Positions 36,881-48,967 of a stretch of 64,000 nt of DNA are shown piece after piece. The first letter of the stretch is position 1; every line of letters starts with the position of its first letter. Position numbers and translations under genes: made by a program. Source of the DNA: Malacoraja senta (Eukaryota); NCBI GenBank assembly GCA_038087875.1, contig CM075993.1, forward strand, positions 6,574,001-6,638,000, read 5' to 3'. The notes beneath the pieces were generated by a model. It saw only the letters and a program-made list of their open reading frames with translations. It was not told the DNA's origin and made no database searches.

Positions 36881-38364
36881 AAGTGAGGTGTGTTAGTCAT
36901 AGAGTCATAGACTGATACAGTGTGGAAACAGGCGCTTCGGCCCAACTCTCCCACACCGGCCAACAATCTCCCAGCTACACTAGTCCCACTTGCCTGCGCT
37001 TGGTCCATATCCCTCCAAACCTGTCCTATCCATGTACCTGTCCAACTGTTTCGTAAACAATGGGATAGCCCCAGCCTCGACTACCTCCTCTGGCAGCTTG
37101 TTCAATACACCCACTGTGTGAAAAGGTTACCGCTCGGATTCCTATTAAATCTTTTCCCCTCCACCTTGAACCTATGTCCTCTGGTCCTCGATTCCCCTAC
37201 TCTGGGTAAAAGACTCTGTGCATATACCCAATCTATTCCCCTCATGATGTTGTATACCTCTATAAGATCTCCCTTCATCCTCCTGCGCTCCATGGAATAG
37301 AGACCCAGCCTACTCAACCTCTCCCTATAGCTCACACCCTCTAGTCCTGACAACATCCTCGTGATTGTTGTGTGATTTTACTGTTGTGTGCAGAAACAAA
37401 GCATTCCAGGTATATGTGACAATAAAATGTTATTGAATCATTGAATTGTGGAGTTCATATAGAAATGTTCCAGACGGCTGAGACATCAAAGGCTCCCTGG
37501 CTGAGTGTGGGGGAGATGGTGGAGAGAGACTGATCTTTTAGTTTTGTTTAGTTTAGAGATACAGCACGGAAACAGGCCCTCCGGCCCACCAGGTCCGCGC
37601 CGACCAGCGATCCCCGCACATTCACACTATCCTACACCCACTAGGGACACTTTTTACATTTGCACCAAAAGCCAATTAACCTAGAAACCTGCACGTCTTT
37701 GGAGTGTGGGAGGAAACCGAAGGTCTCGGAGAAAACCGCCGTGGTCACGGGGAGAACGTGCAAACTCCGTGCAGACAGCACCCATAGTCGGGATCGAACC
37801 CGGTCTGCAGCGCTGGATTCGATGTAAGGCAGCAACTCTACCGCTGTGCCACCGTGACTTGGTCGGCACGGGAAAGTTGGGCCGAAGGGCCAGTTTCCGT
37901 GCTGTATGACTCCATTGCTCCATGACTAGGACCTCTGTGCTCCCTCTCCATGCCCGGGTCCTGACACTATACTCCAGTACTGCCACTGCATTAACCCGAG
38001 CATTATCTATCTCTCGTCTAGTCTAGTGTGACCTGGATACATCACGGTGAGAGCCACCGTCGGTTCAATGTACTCTCCCGCCGGCCAAATAGAAATGACC
38101 CAGGCAGCTGAGGCTTTTACGAGGATGTTGCCAGGACTGGAGGGTCTGAGCTGTAGGGAGAGGATGAGCAGGCTGGAACTCTATTCCTTGGAGCGCAGCA
38201 GGATGAGGGGTGATCTTATGGAGGCATACAAAATCATGAGAGGAATAGATCGGGTAGATGCACTTGCCCAGAGTAACGGAATCAAGGACCAGGGGACATA
38301 GGTTTAAGATGAAGGGGGAAAAGATTTAATAGGAATCTGAGGGGTAACATTTTCACACAAAGGG

Positions 38365-38551
38365 GTTTAAGAAGGAACTGCAGATGCTGGAAAATCGAAG
38401 GTAGACAAAAATGCTGGAGAAACTCAGCGGGGTGCAGCAGCATCTATGGAGCGAAGGAAATAGGCAACGTTTCGGCCCGAAACGTTGCCTATTTCCTTCG
38501 CTCCTTAGATGCTGCTGCACCCGTTGAGTTTCTCCAGTATTTTTGTCTACC
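38365..38551. mobile_element. 187-bp palindromic mini-element made of Penelope terminal sequence, inserted in a CR1 fragment
   Basis: 13-bp TSD ttcacacaaaggg at 38352-38364 and 38552-38564. Inverted arms of about 75 bp centred on tttcggcccgaaa. Confidence 0.82.
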
Positions 38552-38997
38552 TTCACACAAAGGGTGGTGGGTGTATGGAACGAGCTGCCAGAGGAGATAG
38601 TTGAGGCTGGGACTATCCCAACATTTAAGAAGCAGTTGGACAGGGACATGGATAGGATAGGTGTGGAGGGATATGGACCAAATATGGGCAAGTGGGACTA
38701 GTGTAGCTGGGACATGTTGGCCGGTATGGGCAAGTTGGGCCGAAGGGCCTGTTTCCACACTGTGTGACTCTATCAGAGGCTCGGTAGCTGGGTATGGGGG
38801 AGATGGTGGAGGGAGGTTGACCAAACTTGACCCGGTATTTTCCCAGGGTCAGCAGGACACGGACGTCTACTGTCCACACCTTGCCTCAGTGCTGATGTTG
38901 ACTTTGTACCTCTGCAACGTGCGAGTCGACACTCGGCCCGCTGCTTGGGCGAGGTCAGTTGCTGTCTGATCTTCATGGTTACTACATTCATCACTGA

Positions 38998-39197
38998 NNN
39001 NNNNNNNNNNNNNNNNNNNNNNNNNNNNNNNNNNNNNNNNNNNNNNNNNNNNNNNNNNNNNNNNNNNNNNNNNNNNNNNNNNNNNNNNNNNNNNNNNNNN
39101 NNNNNNNNNNNNNNNNNNNNNNNNNNNNNNNNNNNNNNNNNNNNNNNNNNNNNNNNNNNNNNNNNNNNNNNNNNNNNNNNNNNNNNNNNNNNNNNNN
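38998..39197. other. Assembly gap (200 N)
   Basis: Run of N. Confidence 1.
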
Positions 39198-39614
39198 TGC
39201 CCTCAGCAACTCCGTCAGCAAATAGTTTTTTTGTTTTCCGGGAGCAGTAACGATCCCGCAGGCAGACGTTAGGACTTGCTCACTCATTTGCCTAATTGCC
39301 AGAGTTGGCATCAGAAGCAGAGGGAGGTTGACAGAAAGATAGTGCAAGCATACCTGAAGATAAATTACTGGGTTTGCTGGATCTGAGAGAGGTGTGGCTG
39401 TCTCCGAGCGACACAAAAGCCGGTTGTTTTGCAGAGGTGAGGGCGTGCAGGAGGATCACATCGTTCCACAGCTGAAGCCAAGTTATAATGTAAGTACTGT
39501 GAGGAAACATCCTTGCCCTTGTGTTTATGTACCTGCCTGTACTAAGGCCCAGCCCACTCATGGCCAACCACACCCGCGGTAAGGACAAATGAACTGCAAG
39601 TGCTGGTTTAAATC

Positions 39615-39750
39615 TTCTTCTTGCGTATGGCATGCACAGCACAACTTGTACGACAACTTATTCTGTTTGATCTTATTTGATTGTGCACGCCGGGTTGATT
39701 GCATTGGTCGAAACAGGGCGGACCACGTGAAGGTTGCAATCTCCCACCCC
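39615..39750 (-). mobile_element. 136-bp non-autonomous retroelement (Ingi/Vingi-like bipartite SINE) with a 5' HDV-like ribozyme and (GAA)n tail
   Basis: 12-bp TSD ctggtttaaatc at 39603-39614 and 39751-39762. 3' end gccatacgcaagaagaa. No tRNA-like A/B-box head was recognised. Confidence 0.8.
39697..39750 (-). ncRNA. Predicted minimal HDV-like (CPEB3-type) self-cleaving ribozyme, 54 nt
   Basis: P1 GGGGUGG/CCGCCCU with a G1.U wobble; P2 GAUUGCA/UGCAAUC; P3 ACC/GGU; L3 UUCACGU; GU; vestigial P4 UUCGA; putative catalytic C followed by CAA. Confidence 0.75.
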
Positions 39751-42700
39751 CTGGTTTAAATCCAAGGTAGACACAAAATGCTGGAGAAACTCAGCGGGAC
39801 AGGCAGCATCTCCGGAGAGAGAGAATGGGTGACGTTTCGGGTCGAGACCTCCACTGTGCACAACTTTACAAACACTAGCCACCCAGAATCAAATCTTCAA
39901 ACTCAGGAATCATCTCCGCAGACTGGCAGGAGAGACAGGCAGCATGGTAGAGTTGCTGCCTCACAGAGCCAGAGACACGGGTTCCATCCCAACCACAGCT
40001 GCTAGTCTGTACGGCGTTTGTATGTTCTCCCCGTGACCTGCGTGGGTTTCCTCTGGGTGCTTCGGTTCCATCCTACATCCCAAAGACATGAGGGTTTGTA
40101 GATTCTTTGGCTTGGTAAAATTGTAACAAAAATTGTCCCTGGTGTGTGTTAATGTGCGGGGATCACTGGTCGGTGTAGACTGGATGGGCCGAAGGGCCTG
40201 TTTCCACGCTGTATCTCTAAACTAAACTAAACTAAGACCTTGAAGGGAGGACATTCTAGGTGAGCATTTTAAGAATCAGGGTAAGCCATTTAGAACAGAG
40301 ATGAGGAAACACTTTTTCTCACAGAGAGTTGTGAATGTGTGGAAATCTCTGGCTCAGAGGGCAGTGGAGGCCGGTTCTCTGGAAACTTTCAAGAGAGAGC
40401 TAGCTTAGGGCTCTTGAAGACAGGGGATATGGGGAGAAGGCAGGAACGGGGTACTGATTGGGGATGATCAGCCATGATCACATTGAATGGCGGTGCTGGC
40501 TTGAAGGGCTGTATGGCCTACTCCTGCTGTCTATAACATCCTAGGTAAACAGCGGGTCTGATACAACAACAGGCCACTTAGACTGAGCTCCATAGATAGT
40601 TGCTATGGCTTCTTAGTTGGTCATAAGTGATAGGAGCAGAATCAGACCATTTGGCCAATCGAGTCTACTCTGCCATGCAATCATGGCTGATCTATCTCTC
40701 CCTCCTAACCCCATTCTCCTGCCTTCTCCCCTTCACCCCTGACACCCGTACTAGTCAAGAATCTATCTTTCTCTGCGATAAAAATATCCATTGACGTGGC
40801 CTCCACAGCCTTCTGTGGCAATGAGTTCCACCGATTCACCACCCTCTGACTGAAGAAATTCTACCTCGTCTCCTTCCTAAAGTGGCGTCCTTTAATTCTG
40901 AGGCTGTGGCCTCTGGCCCTAGACTCTCCCACTAGTGGAAACATCCTCTCCACATCCACAGTCTCCAGGAGTTGCGGAGGCCGTAGGCACTGGAAACCCG
41001 AGCAAAGATACAAACCTTCGGACTCTTCAATTGAGACCATTAAACCATATAAAAGGCTATCGACAGACTCTAGAGAAGGGAGCCCAACCCGAAACATCAC
41101 CTATCCATGTTCTAAGCGCAGATGCTGCCTGACCCGCTGAGTTACTCCAGCACTTTGTGTCTTTTTTTTTGTAAACCAGCACCTGCGGTTCCTTGTGTCA
41201 ACAGAACAAAGGTATGTGGATAGGAAATGCTGGGAGGGATATGGGTCAAATGTGGGCAGGTGGGACTAGTATAGGTAGGGCATCTTGGCAGGCAAGGGCA
41301 AGTAGGTGGGACTCGCTCAGATGGGCATCTTTGGTCAGCCTGGAGAAGTTGGGCTGAAGGGCCTGTTTCCGTGGTGTGTGACGCAAACAGGCCACGACTC
41401 CAATGGACTTTAGCCGGACAATGGAGTCCTAGCCGCAGTTATTTGACCTGCCCTTAAGCACCGAGCAGAGCCGCTACAGGTTCTTTGCCCAGAAATTCCA
41501 CACAATAATACAATGTTTGTCATTTTATCAACAGCCTAATATTGTTAATTGCTTCCGTGTAGAGAGTGCCAGAATTCTCCTCAGAATTCTCCGTGTGTAT
41601 AATGACCATTTGCAGAGAGGTCAGCGTGCACAGGCCGCCTTGAGGAACTTTCAAGGTAACCATAAATAAAGGCAGGCCTAGCTAGGCCCCATGCGAATGC
41701 CCATGGCTACACCTTTGATTTGGAGAAATGGAGAGGAATCAAAGGAGAGACAAAGGGTTGGCAGGGTGACACAGCGGTAGAGTTGCTGCCTTTACAGCGC
41801 CAGAGACCCAGGTTCGATCCTGACTACAGGTGCAGACTGTACGGAGTTTGTATGTTCTTCCTGTGACCGCGTGGGTTTTCTCCAGGATCTCCGGTTTCCT
41901 CCCACACTCCAATGACGTACAGGTTTGTAGGTTAAGCGGCTTCGGTAAAATTGTAAATTGTGTGTAGGATAGTGTTTGTGTACGGGGCGATCGTTAGCCA
42001 GCATGGACTCGGTGGGCTGAAGGGCCTGTTTCTGCGCTGTATCTCTAAAGTCAAGAGAAGGACTCAAGGTTGAGGACAAGGTCCTCTGAGTTACTCCGGC
42101 ACTTTGTGTCTATCTTAGGCACGAGTTGTTCTTTGCCTTCTGAGAAATAACTGGTGATTCAATGACAAGGGTATTTTATTGATGGGAAGATTGCACACAT
42201 TGTCAGGGTACCCTTGAAGCTGTGCCTTTGTGGGCAAAGGTTGAAGGTGAGAGGGCAGTAGTAAGGTTATAGGAACAGGCACCATCCTACACATTTGGGA
42301 TAATTTACAGAGAACCAATAAACCCACAAATCTGTACATTTTGGGATGTGGGTGGAAGCTCGAGCACCTGGAGAAAAACCCACCAGGTCATAGGGAGCAC
42401 GTGCAAACTCCATACAGACAGCACCCGTAGTCAGGATCGAACCCGGGTCTCTGGCGCAGTAAGGTAGCAACTCTACCGCTGCGCCACCATGCCGCCCTAG
42501 ATACACAGAATAATCCTGAGGAATAATATTCCAGGTACAAACTATTCTTTGTGTGGAAAATGTATCCTTCTCCAGGGAAAGCAGATCCAGCCTAACCGAT
42601 GACTCCTGGTAACTCGAGCGCTCCGGTCCCGGCAACATCCTTGTCAATCTTTTCTGCTCCCTCTCTTCAGCTTCATGGGATCATCCTTCCTGCAGAGTGG

Positions 42701-45450
42701 CAACCAGAACTGGACGCAAAACTCCAAGTGCGACCTGATCAGTGTTTTAGACACAAAAAGCTGGAGTAACTCAGCGGGGCAGGAGAGAAGGAACGGGTGA
42801 CGTTTCGGGCCGAGCCCCCTCTTCAGACTGGTCAGGGATAAGGGAATCGAGAGATATAGACGATGATGTAGAGAGATAAAGAACAATGAAAGAAAGAAGC
42901 GAAAAATTCACGATGATAAAGGAAACAGGCCATGGTTAGAAGGAAGACAAAAATGCTGGAGAAACTCAGCGGGTGAGGCAGCATCTATGGACCCAAAACG
43001 TCACCTATTCCTTTGCTCCATAGATGCTGCCTCACCCTCTGAGTTTCTCCAGCATTTTTGTCTACCTTCGATTTTTCCAGCATCTGCAGTTCTTTCTTAA
43101 ACATAACTGGGTATTTTTCTGAAGAGATAGCATAATTAGTTCATTGCTGGGTAATTGGATAGGATTTAATCTTCTCACTTTCTTTGGCCCAGCCCTCGCA
43201 GTCAGTCTGAAGAAAGGTCTCGACTCGAAACGTCCCCTATCTATCGTTCCCCCAGGGATACTGACTGACCCGTTGAATTACTCCAGACTTTGAAATGAAT
43301 GCTGCCTCACCCGCTGAATTTCTCCAGCATTTTGGTCCACCGATTTTTCCAGCATCTGAAGTTCTTTCTTAGGCCATTGTTAGATGTTTGTAGGGTGAAA
43401 ACAAGAAGCTGGTGTCACTTGGGTGGGGGAGGGATAGAGAGAGAGAGGGAATGCCGGGGCTACCTGAGGTGAGAGAAAATCAATATTCATACCTCCATTC
43501 ACAGCTCCATTGCATTTAAACCATTCTCATTAAGTCTATTTAGTTAAATCCAATGGCATTTAACTAAATAGGGAGGGTGATATGGATCATGAGATTAGGT
43601 TATCTTGGCATCATGTTCGACAGACACAAAATGCTGGAATAACACAGCAGGCCAGGCAGCATCTCCGGAGAGAAGGAATGGGTGAGGTTTCCGAACCCGT
43701 AACGTCACTCATTCCTTCTCTCCAGAGATGCTGCCTGACCCGCTGAGTTACTCCAGAATTTTGTGTCCATCTTCGGTGTAAACCAGCATCTGCAGTTCCT
43801 TCCGACACATCATGTTCGGCATGTCTTGTACAACTGTATCATAACAACTGTATCATAGCATATGACAGTCCCGCAATCCCGGGAATTAACCTTGTAAACC
43901 TACGCTGCACTCCCTCAATAGCAAGAATGTCCTTCCTCAAATTAGGGGACCAAAACTGCACACAATACTCCAGGTGTGGTCTCACTAGGGCTCTGTACAA
44001 CTGCAGAAGGACCTCTTTGCCAGACTCCCGGCGAGTTACTGATTTTTCTTCAATGGAATCTAAGCAAAATAGGGTGAATGATACACTTCTGTTAAAGATG
44101 GATTATTGAGATACACGGAGCCATTAGCACGTCAAGCAGTGATCCTCTCTCACCACAAGAACGCCCAAGTTAGGACGCGCTGGATCTCCACCCCGCAAAG
44201 ACCCAGTGGACACTCTGTATCCGACGCAACTTGTCACCAAGTTAAGTGTCTTTAAATCGGCAACATTTGCGACCTTGTTTCTCGAGGAGAGACTAATGTG
44301 TCAATTGTTTTGCGTTTTCTCTGCGGATCGGCGAGCAGACAAGAAACGTTGTGGAGATTGGAAACGCAATGTTTTTCTTTTAGTTTTTAGGTTCATAGAC
44401 ACAGCAGGTAAACCAGCGATCACTCGTGCACCAGTATAGTTTAAACAGGTCCTTCAGCCCACCCAGTCCGCGCCGACCAGCGATCACCGCACACTAACAC
44501 TATCCTACACACACTAGGGACAATTTTACATATACACTAAGCCAATAAACCTGCACGTCTTTAGCGTGTGGGAGGAAACCGAAGACCTTGGAAAAAACCC
44601 GCGCGGGTCACGGGGAGAACGTACAAACTCCGTATGGACAGCACCCGTAGTCGGGATCAAACCCCAGTCTCCGTCGCTGCAAACGCTGTAAGGCAGCAAC
44701 TCTACCGCTGCGCCACCGTGCCACACCCCCCTCCCCCTCCCCAATTTACAGAAGCAATCAACCTATGGGCTACGGGTTATAATCTTCGTGTGCTATCTGT
44801 GTGGAGTTTGCATGTTCTCCCTGTGGCTGTGTTTGGGTTTCCTCCAGGTGCTCCTGTTTACTCCCACACTCCAAAGACGTGCAGGTTTGTTGGTTCATTG
44901 GCTTCTGTAAATTGTGCATTGTCCCTAGTGTGTGGAGGATAGTGCTAATGCACGGGCTGGTTAGTATGGACTCGGTGGGCCGAAGGGCCTGTTTCCGTGC
45001 TGTATCTCTGAAGTCAAAAGTCTAAAACCTACAAAGCTGCACGTCTTTGGAATGTGGGAGGAAACCGGAGCACCCGGAGTAAATCCACAGGGAGAACGTG
45101 CAAACTCCATACAGGCAGCACCCAAGGTCCGGATCGATCCCGGGTCTCTGGCGCTGCGAGGCAGCAACTCTACCGCTGTCCCGCTGTCCCGCTGTGCCGC
45201 CCAGCCCATCATCTCCAGTTCTTTGCGTTTTGCTGAAGATTGCAGTATCTGCAGTTGAGTGTGTTACAGTAGTCGGACTGGGAGGTCAAGCAAGTCTAAG
45301 CACCCTGACACAGTCATAGCCCAGTGTGTGATTCGTGGGAGTAAGTACAGGTGCAAAACAGGCAGACCGGCCCCAGTCTGAGGCGTGAGTGAACTATTCC
45401 CATCAGTACTAAGACAGGGGGAGGTGGAGGGGAGAGAGGGAGAGTTGGGG

Positions 45451-48400
45451 GACAATAGACAATAGGTGCAGGAGTAGGCCATTCGGCCCTTTGAGCCAGC
45501 ACCGCCATTCAATGTGATCATGGCTGATCGATCATCCACAATCAGTACCCCGTTCCTGCCTTCTCTCCATATCCCTTAACTCCGCTATCTTTAAGAGCTC
45601 TATACTCCCTCATGAAAGCATCCAGAGAACTGGCCTCCACCACCCTCTGAGGCAGAGAATTCCACAGATTCACAACTCTCTCATCTCCGTAAATGGCTTA
45701 CCCCTTATTCTTAAACTGTGGCCCCTGGTTCTGGACTCCCCCAACATTGGGAACATGTTTCCTGCCTCTAGCGTGTCCAAACCCTTAACAATCTTATATG
45801 TTTCAATAAGATGCCCTCTCATCCTTCTAAACTCCAGAGTGTACAAGCCCAGCTACTCGGCTTATGACAGTCCCGCCATCTGCATATCAACATATGACAG
45901 TCCCGCCATCCCAGGAATTAACCTTGTAAACCTACGCTGCACTCCCTCGATAGCAAGAATGTCCTTCCTCAAATTAGGGGGCCAAAACTGCACACAATAC
46001 TCCAGGTGCGGTCTCACTAGGGCCCTGTACAACTGCAGTAGGATCTCTTTGCTCTTTTACCCAACTCCTCTTGTTATGAAGGCCAACATGCCATTCGCTT
46101 TCTGTACTTGCATGCTTACTTTCAGTGACTGATGAACAAGGACCCCCAGATCCCGTTGAGAGGCAAAGATAGATTAGCCACGATTGAATGCTGGAGTAGA
46201 TGCGATGGGCTGAATGGCCTAATTTTGCGCCAATCTCTTATTGTATTGTGGATAAAATACAGGGGACCTGTCATTGCGGCGGGACACCACTGGGTGGGAG
46301 TGTTGACCACAAAATAATTAGATGGGGGCACTATTAAATATTTAAAGGAGGGCACCATTAAATAGTTATGGGAGGGCACCATTAAATAGGAGAGAGAGAG
46401 AGAGAGAGAGGCTTGGGGGAGAGAGAGATAGAGAGGGGAAAAGCAGGGGGAGTGGAGATGGGGAAAATAGAAGGGGAGAGAGGGGGAGAGAGAGGGGTAG
46501 TGGGAGATGGGGAAGAGAGAGGGGAGGTGGACGTGTAATTGCCGTGGAACACCACTGGGTGGGAGTGTTGAGCAGGGAATAACAGGACTTGTCATTGTGC
46601 AGATGTAACTCCCTGAAGGCAGCAACACAAGATGCTCTTGCCCTGTTGCATATGTTTTGAATAAACTTTTGCTTAATATGTTGAATACGGAAAGATCTTT
46701 TGTTCGATTATATATTAGATGAATCAGCTTACTTTGACAATTGTGGCAACATAAGTTTATCTACGTTTATGGTTTTTAAAACTGTATACAGTTGCTGAGT
46801 GTTTTGATTTGTGTTAATGTTCAAGTTTAATCATTCCAAGAGTTCTTTAAAACTTTTAGCTTTATAACTTTATAAGTTCATTACGTTCTAGACAATAAAC
46901 AATAGATGCAGGAGTAGGCCATTCGGCCCTTCGAGCCAGCACCGCCATTCAATGTGATCATGGCTAATCATCCCCAATCAGTACCCCGTTCCTGCCTTCT
47001 CCCCATATCGCCTGACTCCGCTATTTTTAAGAGATCTATCTAACCCTCTTGAAAACATCCAGAGAACCGGCCTCCACCGCCCTCTGAGGCAGAGAATTCC
47101 ACACACTCACAACTCTGTGTGAAAAAGTTTTTCCTCATCTCCGTAAATGGCTTACCCCTTATTCTTAAACTATGGCCCCTGATTCTGGACTCCCCCAACA
47201 TTCGGAACACGTTTCCTGCCTCTAGTATGTCCAAACCTTAATAGTCTTACATGTTTCATTAAGATGCCCTCTCATCCTTCTAAACTCCAGAGTGTACAAG
47301 TCTAGCCGTTCCAATCTATCAACATATGACAGTCCCGCCATCCCGGGAATTAACCTGGTGAACCTACGCTGCACTCCCTCAATAGCAAGAATGTCCTTCC
47401 TCAAGTTTGGAGACCAAAGCTGTACACAATACTCCAGATGTGGTCTCACTAGGGCCCTGCACAACTGCAGAAGGACCTCTTTGCTCCTATACTCAACTCC
47501 TCTTGTTATGAAGGCCCATGCAACTCGCTTTCTTCACTGCCTCTGTACCTGCATGCTTACTTTCAGTGACTGATGAACAAGGACCCCCAGATCCCATTGA
47601 GGGGCAGATAGATTAGCCACGATTGAATGCCGGAGTTGACGCGATGGGCTGAATGGCCTAATTTTGTGCCAATCTCTTATGAACATGAATTAAAGTGTTG
47701 AGGATAAAATACAGGGTACCTGTCATTGCAGCAGGACACCACTGGGTGGGAGTGTTGACCACAAAATAATTAGGGGAGGGCACTGTGAAATATTTAAAGG
47801 AGGGCACCATTAAATAGTTATGGGAGGGCACCATTAAATAGGAGAGAGAGAGAGAAAGAGAGAGAGAGGGGGAGGAAGGGAGGGAGGGGGCCTGGGTGAA
47901 GTGAGTGGGTGAAGTGGGAGATGGGGAACAGAAGGGGAGAGAGGGGTAGTGGGAGATGGGGAAGAGAGAAGGGGAGAATGGACGTGTAATTGCGGTGGGA
48001 CACCACTGGGTGGGAGTGTTGAGCATGGAATAACAGGACGTGTATTTGCAGCGGGGCACCACTGGGTGGGAGTGTTGAGCATGGAATAACTGGACGTGTA
48101 TTTGCAGCGGGACACCACTGGGTGGGAGTGTTGAGCATGGAATAACTGGACGTGTATTTGCAGCGGGGCACCACTGGGTGGGAGTGTTGAGCATGGAATA
48201 ACTGGACGTGTATTTGCAGCGGGACACCACTGGGTGGGAGTGTTGAGCATGGAATAACTGGACGTGTATTTGCAGCGGGACACCACTGGGTGGGAGTGTT
48301 GAGCAGGGAATAACAGGACTTGTCATTGAGCAGATGTAACTCCCTGAAGGCAGCAACACAAGATGCTCTTGCCCTGTTGCATATGTTTTGAATAAACTTT

Positions 48401-48712
48401 TGTTTAATATGTTGAATACGGAAAGACCTTTTGTTCGATTATTTATTCAATAAATCAGCTTACTTTGACAATTGCGGCAACATAAGTTTATCTACGTTTA
48501 TGGTTTTTAAAACTGTATACGGTTGCTGAGTGTTTTGATTTGTGTTAATGTTCAAGTTTAATCACTCCAAGAGTTCTTTAAAACTTTTAGCTTTGTAACT
48601 TTATAAGTTCATTAAGTTCTAGACAATAAACAATAGGTGCAGGAGTAGGCCATTCAGCCCTTCGAGCCAGCACCGCCATTCGATGTGATCGTGGCTGATC
48701 ATCCCCAATCAG
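45451..48712. repeat. Local tandem duplication: unit 1 45451-46890, unit 2 46891-48621, partial unit 3 48622-48712
   Basis: Each unit is a minus-strand CR1 3' fragment, a GA-rich tract and an AT-rich segment in the same order, with near-identical junctions. Confidence 0.88.
47980..48318. repeat. 56-bp minisatellite, 6 units
   Basis: caccactggg recurs at 48001, 48057, 48113, 48169, 48225 and 48281. Confidence 0.95.
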
Positions 48713-48967
48713 TGTGGAGCCATTCCTCACCACTAGAGCCAAATTAAACCATTAGGATTAAGTTACAATACGATAGAACTTTATTCATCCCCGGAGGGAA
48801 ATTGGTCGGCCGACAGTCACAACGCACAACGAGGTAAAGTGCGAATGGATTCAGGCTTCAAGCTCTTTGGGTGGTCATGGTATATATTACTTTTTAAGAA
48901 GGAACTGCAGATGCTGGAAAAATTGAAGGTAGATAAAAATGCTGGAGAAACTCAGTGGGTGACATAG

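Noticed and set aside
41540..41662. Possible non-coding first exon of the SLC28A gene (donor-like caag|gtaacc; another donor-like site near 39578)
   Set aside because: A 5' UTR exon probably exists upstream because coding exon 1 has an acceptor, but donor-like motifs alone cannot locate it.
47980..48318. Regularly spaced repeats resembling a CRISPR array
   Set aside because: Whole 56-bp units are repeated with no unique spacers, there are no cas genes, and the context is eukaryotic.
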